A stretch of DNA of 28,199 bases, taken from positions 1 to 28,199 of IMG/VR virus record IMGVR_UViG_3300008097_000013; one strand, 5' to 3'. A program made the translations under genes and the position numbers. The notes beneath the pieces were generated by a model, which saw nothing but the letters and a program-made list of their open reading frames with translations, made no database searches and was not told the origin of the DNA. Positions 27,517-28,199 of this stretch are shown in pieces. Within the stretch, counting starts at the first letter, position 1; every line of letters starts with the position of its first letter. This DNA is from a virus. Its lineage: Duplodnaviria; Caudoviricetes.

Positions 27517-27612
27517 CTAAGTTATTAACTTATATATGTTAACTGCAACTATTCCAAGGGCAGTCCACATGAAAAAATTAATTATTTTAAAAGGTAATGT
27601 GAAAAGGTTCAT
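27517..27612 (-). CDS. Putative small membrane peptide (31 aa)
   Basis: MNLFTLPFKIINFFMWTALGIVAVNIYKLIT*. One hydrophobic segment; the stop is 1 nt before the next ATG. Not in the ORF track. Confidence 0.55.
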   Translation of the reverse strand: MNLFTLPFKIINFFMWTALGIVAVNIYKLIT

Positions 27613-27719
27613 AGGGGGTTTTTTACCTGAGAAAAATTTTCAAGATTTTTATATATACATCTCAATTTGTCACCTCTGTAGGTTAGGGTCTCTTCCTTTT
27701 TTTCGATCACGCACCCCAT
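27609..27719 (-). CDS. Possible 36-aa ORF (may instead be non-coding)
   Basis: MGCVIEKKEETLTYRGDKLRCIYKNLENFSQVKNPL*. ATGA overlap with the next ORF, but no clear RBS and many homopolymer tracts. Confidence 0.25.
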   Translation of the reverse strand: MGCVIEKKEETLTYRGDKLRCIYKNLENFSQVKNPL

Positions 27720-27773
27720 AATAATAACATATAATCATCAAAATACTGTCCTATTCACTAATACTAATACCCA

Positions 27774-27810
27774 TAAAATAAGAGTGCTATATGTATAATA
27801 GCACCCTTAT
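27774..27810 (-). terminator. Hairpin / probable minus-strand terminator overlapping a promoter
   Basis: ATAAG-A-GTGCTAT-N7-ATAGCAC-C-CTTAT (27778-27810). The single A/C mismatch becomes G-U on the minus-strand RNA, which continues with a U-run. Confidence 0.55.
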
Positions 27811-27823
27811 GAGTTATTGTCAA
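27795..27823 (-). promoter_or_regulatory. Sigma70 promoter TTGACA-N17-TATTAT with TGn extended -10
   Basis: On -, TTGACA at 27823-27818, a 17-nt spacer ending TGC, and TATTAT at 27800-27795. Confidence 0.8.
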
Positions 27824-27848
27824 ATAGTCCTTACGCAGTTGTTAACAC

Positions 27849-27959
27849 TTATAGCACTGTATCTTCCACCTCATTAATATCATCGAGGACTGCTAATATG
27901 TCTGCTCCAGTATCAACAACATCTAGCAAGAAAAGTGCGAAGTTCTTGGACATAATCAT
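27849..27959 (-). CDS. Small acidic hypothetical protein (34-36 aa)
   Basis: MIMSKNFALFLLDVVDTGADILAVLDDINEVEDTVL*, with an alternative ATG at 27953. Not in the ORF track. Confidence 0.6.
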   Translation of the reverse strand: MIMSKNFALFLLDVVDTGADILAVLDDINEVEDTVL

Positions 27960-28024
27960 AATGATAAAGTGTACAGAATAGTTTAGAGACTTACTCAGGT
28001 CTAATAACATTTAGACTGTGCTAT

Positions 28025-28180
28025 TTACAGTTCCTCAATATAACTTTCTACCTGCTCATTGTCTTCCAATTCGAATAACTTTCTCCAATCAATTTGCCTG
28101 GCATTAAAATCACTTTCCACAGAAAGAGTTAGTGTTACTCTCACTTGCTTTTTCTGTCCTTGTGTGTATAGAACTGTCAT
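28025..28180 (-). CDS. Small hypothetical protein (51 aa)
   Basis: MTVLYTQGQKKQVRVTLTLSVESDFNARQIDWRKLFELEDNEQVESYIEEL*. Protein-like composition, same strand as neighbours. Not in the ORF track. Confidence 0.7.
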   Translation of the reverse strand: MTVLYTQGQKKQVRVTLTLSVESDFNARQIDWRKLFELEDNEQVESYIEEL

Positions 28181-28199
28181 GAAACTTGGGGGGAGAATG

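Noticed and set aside
27536-27721. 61-aa plus-strand ORF
   Set aside because: Opposes the minus-strand promoter and coupled minus-strand ORFs; no clear promoter or RBS.
25717-28199. tRNA or CRISPR-like array in the intergenic regions
   Set aside because: No cloverleaf with T-loop/D-loop consensus and no regularly spaced direct repeats.

Overview
This is a strongly AT-rich segment of a T4-like cyanomyovirus (Kyanoviridae-type) genome; the composition suggests a Prochlorococcus/Synechococcus host. About 25.7 kb is a tightly packed minus-strand late virion module: gp25, gp6, a 4008-aa gp7-like wedge initiator, gp8, a 2707-aa structural protein, two small genes, gp13 and the start of gp14, with T4-type late promoters (C/A)TAAATA. 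The right-hand 2.1 kb holds small minus-strand genes, several missed by the ORF track, and a GT-A glycosyltransferase-like gene behind a consensus sigma70 promoter. The most unusual element is a ~350-bp island between the two blocks (25766-26106). It contains back-to-back late promoters in a hairpin, a putative ~65-nt terminated plus-strand sRNA that is 17/18 complementary to the start-codon region of an adjacent 46-codon plus-strand ORF, and two inverted TTTTCCACA (DnaA-box-like) sites. A second signal is the heavy enrichment of a G-[IVL]-[GSAT]-[ST] tetrapeptide across the virion proteins next to the glycosyltransferase-like gene, which may indicate virion glycosylation. All product calls come from motif recognition and gene order; no database search was run.
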